NCBI RefSeq assembly: GCF_028368995.1 | Contig: NZ_JAQNDL010000001.1 | Span: forward strand, 1,856,001 to 1,920,000 | Reading direction: 5' to 3' | From: Nannocystis bainbridge | GTDB taxonomy: Bacteria > Myxococcota_A > Polyangia > Nannocystales > Nannocystaceae | Length of the DNA: 64,000 nt | Shown: positions 1-9,960 of the stretch, piece by piece | How positions within the stretch are numbered: position 1 is the stretch's first letter | How the letters are laid out: every line of letters begins with the position of its first letter | Notes under the pieces: generated by a model | Database searches by the model: none | What the model saw: the letters and a program-made list of their open reading frames with translations, nothing else | Told to the model about the DNA's origin: nothing | Program-made: the position numbers and the translations under genes

Positions 1-830
1 TGCGGACCGCGACCTGCCCGTACTGCGCCTCGCCGGCGGTGGTCGAGCGGCCGCGGGACGCCGGGCTGCCGCAGCCGGACTTCGTGCTCGCGTTCATCGT
101 CCCGCACGAGCAAGCGCTGGCCGCGGCCCGGCGCTGGGTGAGGCGGGCCTGGCTCGCCCCGGAGGCGTTCCGCAAGGCCACGGTCGAGGCCATCCGCGGG
201 ATCTACGTGCCCTCGTACCTGTTCTCGGCGGCGGCCCACGCGGAGTACTCCGCCCGCATCGGCGAGAACTACACGGTGACCTACACGACCACGGACTCGA
301 AGGGCCGCACGACCACGCGCACGCGCACCGAGACCGAGTGGCACACGCTCGCGGGCAGTTACTCGGCCTACGTCAGCGACGTCGTCGTCACGGCCTCGCG
401 GGGCATCGGCAATCACGAGCTCGAGGGGGTCGAGCCCTTCGACCTGCGCGCGCTCCACCGCTATTCGCCGCGCCTGCTCTCCGGGTGGATCGCCGAGGAG
501 GCGTCGATGACAGCCGAGGTGTGCCGCGAGCTCGCGGTCGCCGAGGCGATGGCCGAGGTCCAGCGGCGCATCGCGAAGATCCTGCCCGGCGACCGGCAGT
601 CGGACCTCGAGGTCAGCGCCCGCCTCGCCGACATCGCCCAGGTCCTGATGCTCGCGCCGGTGTGGGTGCTGCCGGTCCGCTTCGCCGACGACCGCGTGGT
701 CCGCCTGCTGGTCAACGGCCAGACCGGCAAGGTGTTCGGCAAGCCGCCGCGCTCGTGGGTGAAGATCGGCGCGCTGGTCCTGTTGATCGTCGGCCTCATC
801 ACCGCGGGGGTGCTGCTTGCCCAGCGCTGA
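1..830 (+). CDS. Zn-ribbon membrane protein (YdjG-like), 5' end outside the window
   Basis: Frame is open from position 3 (RTATCPYCASPAVVERP, a CxxC). It contains VNGQTGKV and a C-terminal TM helix, and is a paralogue of the next gene. Confidence 0.7.
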   Translation, partial: RTATCPYCASPAVVERPRDAGLPQPDFVLAFIVPHEQALAAARRWVRRAWLAPEAFRKATVEAIRGIYVPSYLFSAAAHAEYSARIGENYTVTYTTTDSKGRTTTRTRTETEWHTLAGSYSAYVSDVVVTASRGIGNHELEGVEPFDLRALHRYSPRLLSGWIAEEASMTAEVCRELAVAEAMAEVQRRIAKILPGDRQSDLEVSARLADIAQVLMLAPVWVLPVRFADDRVVRLLVNGQTGKVFGKPPRSWVKIGALVLLIVGLITAGVLLAQR

Positions 831-1800
831 GACTCCCGCGACGCCGGCCCGCTCGGCCTGCGGCCGCTGCGAGTCGCCGCTCGAAGCCGGTGATCTGCGC
901 TGTGCGGTGTGCGGGCTGCCGACGCCGGGTGAGGCGCTCGTCAGCGCCGAGACGCACGTCGAGCTGCTCCGCTGCGAGGGCTGCGGCGCTGCGGTGTCCT
1001 ACGACGTCGAGGTCCGCGCGCCGAAGTGCTCGTTCTGCGGCTCGTTGATGCACGTCGAGCGCCCCGAGGACCCGGTCGAGGAGGCGTCCGCCTACCTGCC
1101 GTTCACGGTCGACCCCGCGGCGGCGGCCGAGGGGTTGCGGCGCTGGCTCGGCACCCTCGGCTTCTTCCGCCCGAGCGACCTCCAGGCGGCAGCGACGATC
1201 GGCGAGTTGAAGCCGCTGTGGTGGGTCGGCTGGGTGTTCGACGCCGAGGTGCTGGTCAGTTGGGCCGCCGACTCCGAGGTCGGCTCACGGCGCGCGTCCT
1301 GGGCCCCGCACGCGGGCCAGCAGTCGTTGAACCTGCGAAGCGTGCTGGTGCCGGCGTCCCGTGGCCTGAGCGCTGCGGAGTGCCAGGCGATCGGCCGCGG
1401 TTACCGCGTCGAATCGGGCGGCCCGCCGCCGGAGGCCCGCCCGGGCGTGCTGATCGAGCGCTTCGACGTCCAGCGATCGGCGGCCCGCCGGGCGATCGCC
1501 GAGGGGCTCGAGCGCGCCGCGCTGGTGCACGCGAGCGAGTGGGTGCCCGGCAGCCGCCAGCGCAAGCTCTCGGTCGCGGTGCTGCCCAGGCGCCTCGACT
1601 CGGAGCGCCTCGCCTTCCCCGCCTACGTGCTCGCTTACCGCTACCGCGACAAGCTCTACCGCGCGGTGGTCAACGGCCAGGACGCGGCGGTGGTCACCGG
1701 CAAAGCGCCGCTCTCGATCGCGCGGATCGTCCTCGTGATCGTCGGAGGGCTCGCCGCGATCGCGCTGATCGTCGCGCTGATCGTGGTCCTGGCCGATTGA
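817..1800 (+). CDS. Double Zn-ribbon membrane protein (YdjG-like)
   Basis: Four CxxC motifs (CGRC, CAVC, CEGC, CSFC), VNGQD and a C-terminal TM; overlaps the upstream stop. Confidence 0.75.
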   Translation: MPSAETPATPARSACGRCESPLEAGDLRCAVCGLPTPGEALVSAETHVELLRCEGCGAAVSYDVEVRAPKCSFCGSLMHVERPEDPVEEASAYLPFTVDPAAAAEGLRRWLGTLGFFRPSDLQAAATIGELKPLWWVGWVFDAEVLVSWAADSEVGSRRASWAPHAGQQSLNLRSVLVPASRGLSAAECQAIGRGYRVESGGPPPEARPGVLIERFDVQRSAARRAIAEGLERAALVHASEWVPGSRQRKLSVAVLPRRLDSERLAFPAYVLAYRYRDKLYRAVVNGQDAAVVTGKAPLSIARIVLVIVGGLAAIALIVALIVVLAD

Positions 1801-2487
1801 CGAGAGAGGCCGATGGGGCCGTGAATGCGCCGTGCCACCCCCGGGGGGCCGCGCCCGCTCGCCACCACCAAAGGACAAACGATGGGTCTCGCGCGCCCGG
1901 CGGACCGTATGTCACGCACGGTGCATTGTCGAACAGGGCCGGACATCACCGGGCGGAGGATCGCATCATCGCATTGCCCGACACGGGCCTGCGATTCCCC
2001 TCGCGCGAGCAGGGCAATTGCGACCGCGCATTCACGTGAGCGCCCGTCCCCGCCACGAGCGCGTCCTCGTGTGGCTCCGGGGCCAGCAGCCCCATCCTTT
2101 GGGTGTCGGTGGTGGTCGCAGCCCGCATTCGCCGTCTGCGGGCCAGCGTATCCTCCGAGCACCCGGCCAAGCGCACACCGGCCATCGAGGCGCCTGCGCG
2201 TCCTGAGGGGGCCCTACCAGGCGCGCGCGAGCCGTCTCGGGGCATCGCATTCGCGGATGAACCAGCTCGCAGCGGGCCGCCACGCGCTCCGGGACGCGTC
2301 GCTCGGCGGGGCGAAGGGCACTGGCCTGGGTCGGCACGAAGAGATTGTGGATACAGGTCAGCTCTGGTATGGTGCTGCTGTCATAGGGGTCGTGCTGACC
2401 CACTCCTTGCCTCTGGGCAAGGGCTCTTCGGACATGTTCCACGGGACAGGGCCATTCGATGGACCCTGAATGCCCGCTGGAGGAGGA

Positions 2488-4683
2488 ATGCGCATGCTTC
2501 GTACCGCTGGAGTCGTCTCGTCGATCGTCTCGTGTTTCCTGCTGTCGGCCTGCCAAGAGGGAGGAGGTGCAGCCGGTGATGATGCTTCCGCGGCGGAGCG
2601 CATCGTCACCGCCGAGGATCTCGAGGGGCTCGGGGCGGCGGGCGTGCTCGAGCTCGACCTGGGGGCGGAGGCGGTGCGGTTCTCGTTCGCAGCCGGGCCG
2701 ATCGATTTCGCCAGGGTCGTCGTGGTCGGTGAGGATGGGCGCCGCGCGCTGCTGCAGGACCTGCTGGCGCGCCGCGGCGAGGCATGGGGCGTGATCCCGG
2801 CGCGGCTCGAGCTGGGTGACAGCTTCCTGGTCGACGCCGGGATGGTCGCCGACGCGGCGAAGCAGCGGCCGACCGCGCTGATGGTGGCGCAGGAGACGGC
2901 GCTGTCGCGGCTGCCGCGGATCGATCAAGTGGTGACGGCGGGCGACGGGGTGCCTTCGCTGGTCGTGGGCGACCTCGGGTTCCTGCCGAAGGGCGAGGCG
3001 CGGGCGGCCGCGCAGACGTTCCTGCAGGATGTCGCGCCGGTGTTCCGCATGCACGCGGCGACCGACCTCGAGCCGATGCGCGTGAAGAGCGACGACCGTG
3101 GTCAGGTCCACGTGAAGTTCCAGCAGTACTTGCACGACCTGCCGGTCATCGGCGGCGCGCTGACGGTCCACGCCGACGGGGTCAGCGGGCGCGTGCACGC
3201 GGTCAGCGGGCGGTTCATCGCCGGCGAGGAAGTGGCGAGCGAGCCCGAGATCGAGGGCGAGGCGGCGCTGGCGACGGTGCTCGCCGGTCTCCCGGCCGAC
3301 GCAGCCAGCACCGACGCGCCCGACCTCGTCTATGTGGTCACCGAGGATTCGGTGGCGCTCGCATGGATGGCCGAGGTGACCTACACCAGCGCCGACGGGC
3401 CCGAGCGCGACTTCGTGTTCGCCGACGCCCGGACCGGGGAGCTCGTGACGCGTCACCCGCAGCACCACCGGGCGCTGGCGCGCAGGGTCTACGACGCCAA
3501 GAAGGGCGAGAACCTGCCCGGCTCCGAGATCGCCAACCCGGGCAGCTCGGCCGACCTCTCGGTCAAGGACGCCTTCAACTACTCGGGCACGACCTACAAC
3601 TTCTACAAGGATCGGTTCGGCCGCGACTCGTTCAACGGCGCCGGCGCGACGATCCACTCGACGGTGCACTTCAGCGTCGGCTACGACAACGCGTTCTGGA
3701 ACGGCTCGCAGATGGTCTACGGCGACGGCAGCGGGCAGTACTTCTCGTCGCTCGCGCGCGACCTCGACATCGTCGCCCACGAGCTGACCCACGCGGTCAC
3801 CCAATACGAGGCGAACCTCGTCTATCAGAACCAGTCCGGCGCGCTCAACGAGGCCTTCTCCGACGTCATGGCGGCCTCGCTGCAGGCCCACCTGGCCGGC
3901 GGCGTGGTCTCGGCGGCCACGTGGAAGCTGGCCGAGGCGTCGTGGACGCCGAACACCTCCGGCGACGCGATGCGCTACATGGACGACCCGATCAAGGACG
4001 GGCAGTCGTATGATTATTGGCCGACCCGCTACCAGGGCAGCCAGGACAACGGCGGCGTGCATCTGAACTCGGGCATCGCCAACCTGGCGTTCAAGCTGCT
4101 GGTCACCGGCGGGGTCCACCCGCGCGGCAAGACCTCCAACAACGTCGCGGGCATCGGGATCACCAAGGCGAGCAAGATCTTCTACGACGCCCTGGTGACC
4201 TATCTGCCGGCCACCGCGACCTTCCAGGACGCCCGCAACGCGACGGCCCAGGCGGCCACCGCGATCCACGGGGCGGCCTCGGCGGAGGTCGCTGCGGTGC
4301 ACGCGGCGTGGACGGCCGTCGGCGTGCCTGGCGACCCGGGCAGCGGCGGTGGCGGCGGTGGCGGCGGCGGCGGGAGCTGCACCGGCACGCAGTACCAGGG
4401 AACCCTGTCCGGCGCAGGGGCCCAGCAGGCCCAGCCGAACGGCTCGTACTATCAGACGACCGCGACCAAGACGCACACGGCCTGCCTGACCGGGCCGAAC
4501 GGGACGGACTTCGACCTGTATCTCCTCAAGTGGAACGGCAGCGCTTGGGCCCAGGTGGCCAAATCCGAGACCGAGACGTCGAGCGAGTCGATCTCCTACG
4601 TCGGCACCGCGGGCTTCTACTCGTATACGGTTGGGTCGTACGCTGGCGCCGGAAACTACACGCTGACCGCTGGCGTGAAGTAA
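2488..4683 (+). CDS. M4 (thermolysin-family) Zn metallopeptidase with lipoprotein signal, FTP/PepSY propeptide and C-terminal PPC-like domain
   Basis: Motifs NAFWNG, HELTH, NEAFSD and GGVHLNSG. LSAC lipobox; GGAGGA RBS before the ATG at 2488; Gly linker before the DFDLYL domain. Confidence 0.92.
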   Translation: MRMLRTAGVVSSIVSCFLLSACQEGGGAAGDDASAAERIVTAEDLEGLGAAGVLELDLGAEAVRFSFAAGPIDFARVVVVGEDGRRALLQDLLARRGEAWGVIPARLELGDSFLVDAGMVADAAKQRPTALMVAQETALSRLPRIDQVVTAGDGVPSLVVGDLGFLPKGEARAAAQTFLQDVAPVFRMHAATDLEPMRVKSDDRGQVHVKFQQYLHDLPVIGGALTVHADGVSGRVHAVSGRFIAGEEVASEPEIEGEAALATVLAGLPADAASTDAPDLVYVVTEDSVALAWMAEVTYTSADGPERDFVFADARTGELVTRHPQHHRALARRVYDAKKGENLPGSEIANPGSSADLSVKDAFNYSGTTYNFYKDRFGRDSFNGAGATIHSTVHFSVGYDNAFWNGSQMVYGDGSGQYFSSLARDLDIVAHELTHAVTQYEANLVYQNQSGALNEAFSDVMAASLQAHLAGGVVSAATWKLAEASWTPNTSGDAMRYMDDPIKDGQSYDYWPTRYQGSQDNGGVHLNSGIANLAFKLLVTGGVHPRGKTSNNVAGIGITKASKIFYDALVTYLPATATFQDARNATAQAATAIHGAASAEVAAVHAAWTAVGVPGDPGSGGGGGGGGGGSCTGTQYQGTLSGAGAQQAQPNGSYYQTTATKTHTACLTGPNGTDFDLYLLKWNGSAWAQVAKSETETSSESISYVGTAGFYSYTVGSYAGAGNYTLTAGVK

Positions 4684-4692
4684 CCTCGTGAT

Positions 4693-4744
4693 CCACATGG
4701 CGCGACGAACATGGTCCTCGGGCCATGTTCATCGCGCCATGTCC
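4693..4744. repeat. 14-bp-phased CATG array (4 units)
   Basis: CATG at 4696, 4710, 4724, 4738. Confidence 0.8.
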
Positions 4745-4854
4745 TTTGATATCACCTCGTGGTCCGCCCTGCCCCGGTCGCATGCACGCCGAGCCGAAGC
4801 AGTCGCAGGCCCGGCGAGGTTGACAGGCGGTCGCTGCCGCACGAGCATCGACGC

Positions 4855-5109
4855 GTGGCGACAGTCCGGACGACGCTTGTCCGAGTCGAGGTCGAGACCG
4901 GTACGTCCGCCGAGCGAGAACTCGCGGAATGGTTGCGACGCTGGCGACGGCGCGGCGTCCGACGCGACGGCAAGCCGTCCTATCCGCACCAGGGCGCGTC
5001 GATGGTGCTCGTGTTCCATGCCCCTGAAGCGGCCATCGCCGACCTCGAGCGAGGGTTCGCCGGCTCGTCGTCCGCCGTGGTCACGCGCGTGCCCGCCGAC
5101 GCTGGCTGA
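4855..5109 (+). CDS. Small hypothetical protein whose 3' end is duplicated at 17959
   Basis: Plausible amino-acid composition from the GTG at 4855; start uncertain. Confidence 0.4.
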   Translation: MATVRTTLVRVEVETGTSAERELAEWLRRWRRRGVRRDGKPSYPHQGASMVLVFHAPEAAIADLERGFAGSSSAVVTRVPADAG

Positions 5110-5143
5110 GCCGCGCAGGGGTCCCGCGCGACGTCATTCGGCA
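5053..5143 (+). repeat. 91-bp direct repeat, copy 1
   Basis: Aligns without gaps to 17959-18049 with 6 mismatches (counted by eye). Confidence 0.9.
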
Positions 5144-5159
5144 GGTCACGGGCCCTGCG

Positions 5160-6704
5160 CTAGCGTCCGGGCGCGATCGTCGGCCGATACGTGGGCCGCT
5201 TGCGGGCCCGGGTCTCCTGCTCGAACGCGAAGCCGAGCGCCAGCAGCTCGGCCTCGCCGTTCGGCTTGCCGAGGAACGCGAGCCCGACCGGCAGCCCGTG
5301 GATCTCGCCCATCGGCACCGTCAGGCTCGGCGTCCCGGCGATCGCGGCCATGCTCGTGCCGCTGCCCGTAAACCTGTCCCCGAGCACAGGGTCGATCGGC
5401 CAGGCGGGTCCGGTGGTCGGGGCCACCACCGCGTCGAGCTTGTGCTGCTTCAGCGCCGCCCCGAGCCCCTCGTCCCACGCGAGCTTGCGCGCCGTCTCGC
5501 GGGCCGCGACGTACTCGGGCGAGTCGAGCGAGCCCTTGGCCTGCGCCTGCTCGAACAGCTCCTGCCCGAACCACGGCATCACCACCACCGCGTGCTCGCG
5601 GTTCCAAGCGATCACGTCGGCGAGCGACGACACCGGCGCGCGCGAGTCCTTGAGGTAGCGGTTCAGGCCGTCCTTGAACTCGAACAGCAGCACGTCGAGC
5701 GCGACCTCGTCCCACTTGTTCCACGTAGCGATCTCGATCGGGTCCACGACCTCGGCGCCGCGGGCCACGAGGGTCGCTACCGCGGCCTCGGTGAGCGCGT
5801 CGACATCGGGGTGGTAGCCCATCGCCTGCCGCAGCACGCCGATCCGCTTGCCCTGCAGCGCGTCGATCGAGAGCCCCTTCACGTAGTCGCGCGGCTCGCC
5901 CTCGGCCAGCGCCGCGAGCACGAGCGCCGCTTCGGTGACGGTGCGCGTCATCGGGCCCGCGGTGTCCTGCGTCGCCGAGATCGGGATGATGCCCTCGCGG
6001 CTCACGAGGCCCACCGTCGGCTTGAGGCCGACGAGGCCGTTGACCGCCGACGGGCACATGATGCTGCCGTCGGTCTCGGTGCCGACGCCGACGGCGGCGA
6101 GGCTGGCCGCGATCGCGGCGCCGGTCCCCGAGCTCGAGCCGCAGGCGTTGCGGTCGAGCACATAGGGGTTGCGCGTCTGGCCGCCGCGGCTGCTCCAGCC
6201 CGACACCGCGCGCAGCGAGCGGAGGTTGGCCCACTCGCTGAGGTTGGCCTTGCCGAGGATCACCGCCCCGGCCGCGCGCAAGCGGGCCACGAGCGGCGCA
6301 TCGGCGCGAGGGCGATGCGTCGCCAGCAACACCGTGCCGGCCGAGTTGGCCATGCCGACGACGTCGATGTTGTCCTTGATCAGCACCGGGATCCCGTGCA
6401 GCGGCCCGCGCACGCGGCCGGCCGCGCGTTCGCGGTCGAGCGCCTCGGCCTCCGCGCGCGCCCGCGGGTTGAGCTCGATCACCGCGGACAGTCGCGGGCC
6501 CGCGACATCGATCGCCGCGATCCGCTCGAGGTACGCCGCGGTCAGCCGCGCCGAAGTCAGCGAGCCGTCCTTCATCTGCGCCTGCGCTGTCGACACGTCG
6601 AGCTCGATCACCGCCGGCGCGACGCTGTCGGGCTCCCGCGCGTCGGCACCGGGACGACAACTGGCGAGGAGGACCGCAACTCCGACGACGAGGGCGCGAC
6701 GCAT
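5160..6704 (-). CDS. Amidase-signature family amidase (lipoprotein)
   Basis: KDNI, GSSSG and GTETDGSI motifs; the MRRALVVGVAVLLASC lipobox defines the start. Confidence 0.92.
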   Translation of the reverse strand: MRRALVVGVAVLLASCRPGADAREPDSVAPAVIELDVSTAQAQMKDGSLTSARLTAAYLERIAAIDVAGPRLSAVIELNPRARAEAEALDRERAAGRVRGPLHGIPVLIKDNIDVVGMANSAGTVLLATHRPRADAPLVARLRAAGAVILGKANLSEWANLRSLRAVSGWSSRGGQTRNPYVLDRNACGSSSGTGAAIAASLAAVGVGTETDGSIMCPSAVNGLVGLKPTVGLVSREGIIPISATQDTAGPMTRTVTEAALVLAALAEGEPRDYVKGLSIDALQGKRIGVLRQAMGYHPDVDALTEAAVATLVARGAEVVDPIEIATWNKWDEVALDVLLFEFKDGLNRYLKDSRAPVSSLADVIAWNREHAVVVMPWFGQELFEQAQAKGSLDSPEYVAARETARKLAWDEGLGAALKQHKLDAVVAPTTGPAWPIDPVLGDRFTGSGTSMAAIAGTPSLTVPMGEIHGLPVGLAFLGKPNGEAELLALGFAFEQETRARKRPTYRPTIAPGR

Positions 6705-6757
6705 CGCGGCTACCTTACCGCACCACTCGCCGCGCGGGTGTCCGGTGACTCCTGCCG

Positions 6758-7657
6758 TCACACCCGCCACGTCTTCCGGAGCCCTTCGAGGACGCGGTCC
6801 CGGTTGGCGGGCGTCAGCTTCTTGATCTCGCGCGGCTCCCAGGACTCGGGGTGTCTGCCGAGGATGTTCTCGTTGAACACGCAGGCCACCTCGTCGCCGA
6901 CCTTCGGCGCCGGCCTCGTGCACGAGAAGGGGCCCTCGAACTCTGCGAAGGGGGCGTCCCGATCCAGCGCGATGCGAAAGAGCTGCTTCTGCAGCATCTC
7001 CGACACGACCTCCCCGACGTGAACGACGCGCCCGACGCCGACAAAATTCTTCGGCGCCCGGTAGCGTGCCAGCACAGCGGCCTCTTCGGCAGGCTCGAAG
7101 TAGTGCAGAGAGTACTCGGGGGGCCCGTCGTGCTTGAGCTTCCAGCCCTGTGACGACAGCTCGATGGCGCGGGGCCCGACCCAGACAGTCCGCTCCCGGC
7201 TCCCGACGTCGGGCTTGAAGTCCGACGCATACACCAAAGAATTCTCGAAGTTCGCCTTGATCCAGCGGCCGAGCGCGTTGAACCAGGAGGTCATCGCGCG
7301 CGCGGTCTTCGGGTTCGTCGCTGGCGCCCCTCTCCAGCCCGTGGCGAGCGCGATACGGCCCACCCCGATCGAGGTGCCCTTGACCGGAGAGCGCAGGAAC
7401 TGGATGAGCGACTCGTCCGAGCGCAGGCAGTAGTCGTCGCACGACGCGACGTGCTCGACATGCGGCCGAGGGAGGATGGCCGCGTCCCACAGCATGCAAT
7501 GCAGGCTGTGGATCTCCCGGACCTCGCGCGTGCGGGGGAACTCGGGGCCCGGGCTCCGCACGTCGGTGATCAGCGAGACGGTCGGCCGCTCGAACACGAA
7601 GCTCAGGAAGGCGGCTTCATCTTCGGGCGCCATGAGCGTGATGAGCTGCGAGCGCAC
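6758..7657 (-). CDS. Hypothetical protein
   Basis: Protein-like composition from VRSQLITLMAPEDEAAF; start uncertain (7657 or 7633). Confidence 0.65.
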   Translation of the reverse strand: MRSQLITLMAPEDEAAFLSFVFERPTVSLITDVRSPGPEFPRTREVREIHSLHCMLWDAAILPRPHVEHVASCDDYCLRSDESLIQFLRSPVKGTSIGVGRIALATGWRGAPATNPKTARAMTSWFNALGRWIKANFENSLVYASDFKPDVGSRERTVWVGPRAIELSSQGWKLKHDGPPEYSLHYFEPAEEAAVLARYRAPKNFVGVGRVVHVGEVVSEMLQKQLFRIALDRDAPFAEFEGPFSCTRPAPKVGDEVACVFNENILGRHPESWEPREIKKLTPANRDRVLEGLRKTWRV

Positions 7658-7934
7658 GCCTGTCACTGTGCCACGCTCGAGCTCGGACGTGGGCGCCGAA
7701 CAGCTCGCCCGGATCGGTGCCGACCCACGGGTCGCCACGAACCCGAGGGCGCACGAGCTGGCGTCGTCGGCGACGGCACCGCCTACCAGCGCGTCAGGCG
7801 TGGTTGGGAAACACCGATGGACGTGCAGGCTCTGCAGTCGAGCGCAGTCGTCATCTCGACCGCGACGCCGGCGCTCAGTGAGAGCTTCGGCGTGACGCTC
7901 CTGGGCATTCATCGGCCGAGCGGAGCCGCCGCGG

Positions 7935-8828
7935 TCACGCCGGCCCCAGCGCCCACCCCAGCCGCCCGAGCCCCTCCGCCAGGAACCTCGCGCTCGCCTT
8001 CACCCGCGGCACCGAGCGCACGTCGCGGTGCACCCCGAGCCACAGCTGCCGCCGCGGGCCCGGTACCGGCGTCGGCAGCAGGCGCAGGTTCGGCGCGCGG
8101 TCGCCGAGGAAACGCGGCAGGCAGGTCATGCCGAGCCCCGCCGCGGCCATCGTCACCATCGGTTCGCGCCCGTTGGTGCGCACGCCCACCCTTGCTCGCC
8201 CGGCGATCTGCGGCAACCACTCGACATCGGGGATCTTCGTCAGCGACTCGCTCATCGCAATCAGCACGTGCCCCTCGCACTGGGCCGCGAAGTCCGGCAT
8301 GCCGCGCTGCGCGAGGTAGCCGTCGGACGCGTACAGGCCGAAAGCGACCGCGCCCACCTGCCGCTGCACCACCTCCGCCTGCTCGAAGCGCGACGGCCGG
8401 ACCGCGATGTCGGCCTCGCGGCGCGACAGGCTCAGGTGCCGCACGTCGGCCACCAGCTCGAGCTCGAGCCCCGGGTGCTCGCCGACGAACGGTCCCAGCA
8501 GCGGCCCCAGCACGCTGCCGACCAGCCACTCCGACGCCGTGATCACCACGCGCCCGCGCAGCCCCACGTCGCGCCCCGCGGCCACCCGCTCGGCGGCCAG
8601 CGCCGCGGCCTCCATCTGCTCGGCGCGCGCCAGCATCATCCGTCCCGAGGGTGACAGCGATTGACCCGTCGCCGCCGGCACGAACAGCCGCGCCCCGAGC
8701 GTCCGCTCGAGCGCGGCCATCCGGCGCCCCACTGTCGGCTGGGTCACCCCCAGCCCGCGCGCCGCCGCCGAGAACGAGCCCGCGCGGGCCACCGCGAGGA
8801 AGAAGCGCAGGTCGTCCCAGTCGAGCAC
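7935..8828 (-). CDS. LysR-family transcriptional regulator
   Basis: LDWDDLRFFLAVARAGSFSAAARGLGVTQPTVGRR HTH; divergent from the HAD gene. Confidence 0.92.
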   Translation of the reverse strand: MLDWDDLRFFLAVARAGSFSAAARGLGVTQPTVGRRMAALERTLGARLFVPAATGQSLSPSGRMMLARAEQMEAAALAAERVAAGRDVGLRGRVVITASEWLVGSVLGPLLGPFVGEHPGLELELVADVRHLSLSRREADIAVRPSRFEQAEVVQRQVGAVAFGLYASDGYLAQRGMPDFAAQCEGHVLIAMSESLTKIPDVEWLPQIAGRARVGVRTNGREPMVTMAAAGLGMTCLPRFLGDRAPNLRLLPTPVPGPRRQLWLGVHRDVRSVPRVKASARFLAEGLGRLGWALGPA

Positions 8829-8924
8829 CGCCTGCCAGCGTACACGGCCCCATGCAGAAATGCATGCCAGGCGTGTGCCGTTCGGCAATCGACCTCTCTG
8901 CCGGGACCCGTCATGCTCGATGGC

Positions 8925-9689
8925 ATGTCTCGCCGCCAGTTCCTCCGCGTGGTCGCCGGCGCCGGCGGCCTGCTCGGTGCGTGCCGCACCACGGGCGCCC
9001 AGCCGCCCGTGGGCGGCCGCGCCGAGATCCGCGCGATCTGCTTCGACCTGTTTACCCTGTTCGACCCACGCGGCGTGGAGCGGGCCGCCGAGGCCGTCGC
9101 CCCCGGTCAGGCCGCAGAGCTGTGCCGCGACTGGCGCGTCCGACAGTTCGAATATGCATGGCTGCGCGCCACCGCCGACCAATACCGCGACTTCGAGTTC
9201 GTCACCGGCGAGGCCCTCGATTACGCCGCCGGGGCACGCGGTCTCTCGCTGTCCGCCGCCGAGCGCCGCCGCCTCGTCGCCGCATACTCCGAGCTCACGC
9301 CGTGGCCCGACACCCGCGCCGCCCTCGACGCATGGCGGCGCGTCGGCCTGCGCCTGGCCCCCCTCGCCAACTATTCGCCGGCGATGCTCGATCGCCTGCT
9401 CACGCACGCCGGGCTCGCCGACCTGTTCGACGACCAGATCAGCACCGACCGCGCCCGGACCTACAAGCCGAGCCCGCGGGCCTACGCACTCGGACCGACC
9501 GCGCTCGGCGTCCCGCGCGAGCAGATAGTCTTTGCCGCGTTCGGCGGCTGGGACGCCGCCGGGGCCGCCTGGTACGGCTTTCCCACGTTCTGGCTCAACC
9601 GCCTCCAAGTCGCGCCCGAGGCCCTGTCAGCCGCCGCGCATGCGACTGGCGCGACGCTCGCCGATCTCGCCGCGTTCGTCGCCGCTTGA
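8925..9689 (+). CDS. Haloacid dehalogenase type II with Tat/lipoprotein signal
   Basis: SRRQFL twin-Arg followed by LLGAC; CFDLFT motif I, YKPSPRAY and WDAAGA. Confidence 0.85.
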   Translation: MSRRQFLRVVAGAGGLLGACRTTGAQPPVGGRAEIRAICFDLFTLFDPRGVERAAEAVAPGQAAELCRDWRVRQFEYAWLRATADQYRDFEFVTGEALDYAAGARGLSLSAAERRRLVAAYSELTPWPDTRAALDAWRRVGLRLAPLANYSPAMLDRLLTHAGLADLFDDQISTDRARTYKPSPRAYALGPTALGVPREQIVFAAFGGWDAAGAAWYGFPTFWLNRLQVAPEALSAAAHATGATLADLAAFVAA

Positions 9690-9699
9690 ACCGTCGAGG

Positions 9700-9934
9700 A
9701 AGCCGCGTCTGGCCATCGGGGATGGGCCAAGATCGCGGGGCCTTCGTCGGCTGGCTCGACCCAGGGGAGCGGCGTGCGAATCTCGACGGCGAGCGGCACC
9801 GTCGGGTCGTGGATGCCGTCGGCGAAGCCGCCGCGCGACGAGTGGAACGCGAGCGACAGGCCGTTCATCTGCTGATAGAAGCTCCGCAAGGCAGCCGGGA
9901 GGGCGAACCCCAGCCGGGACACGGGAACACTCAT
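9700..9934 (-). pseudogene. SMI1/KNR4 (SUKH)-like immunity gene remnant
   Basis: LGFALPAALRSFYQQMNG matches the SUKH N-terminal signature; the remainder is degenerate and the 3' boundary is approximate. Confidence 0.45.
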
Positions 9935-9960
9935 CGCCGGCGCTCGGCGCGGCCTCGTTC

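Noticed and set aside
1825-2469. ORFs in the region upstream of the M4 protease
   Set aside because: Arg/Pro/Ala-rich translations without motifs; probably a non-coding regulatory region.
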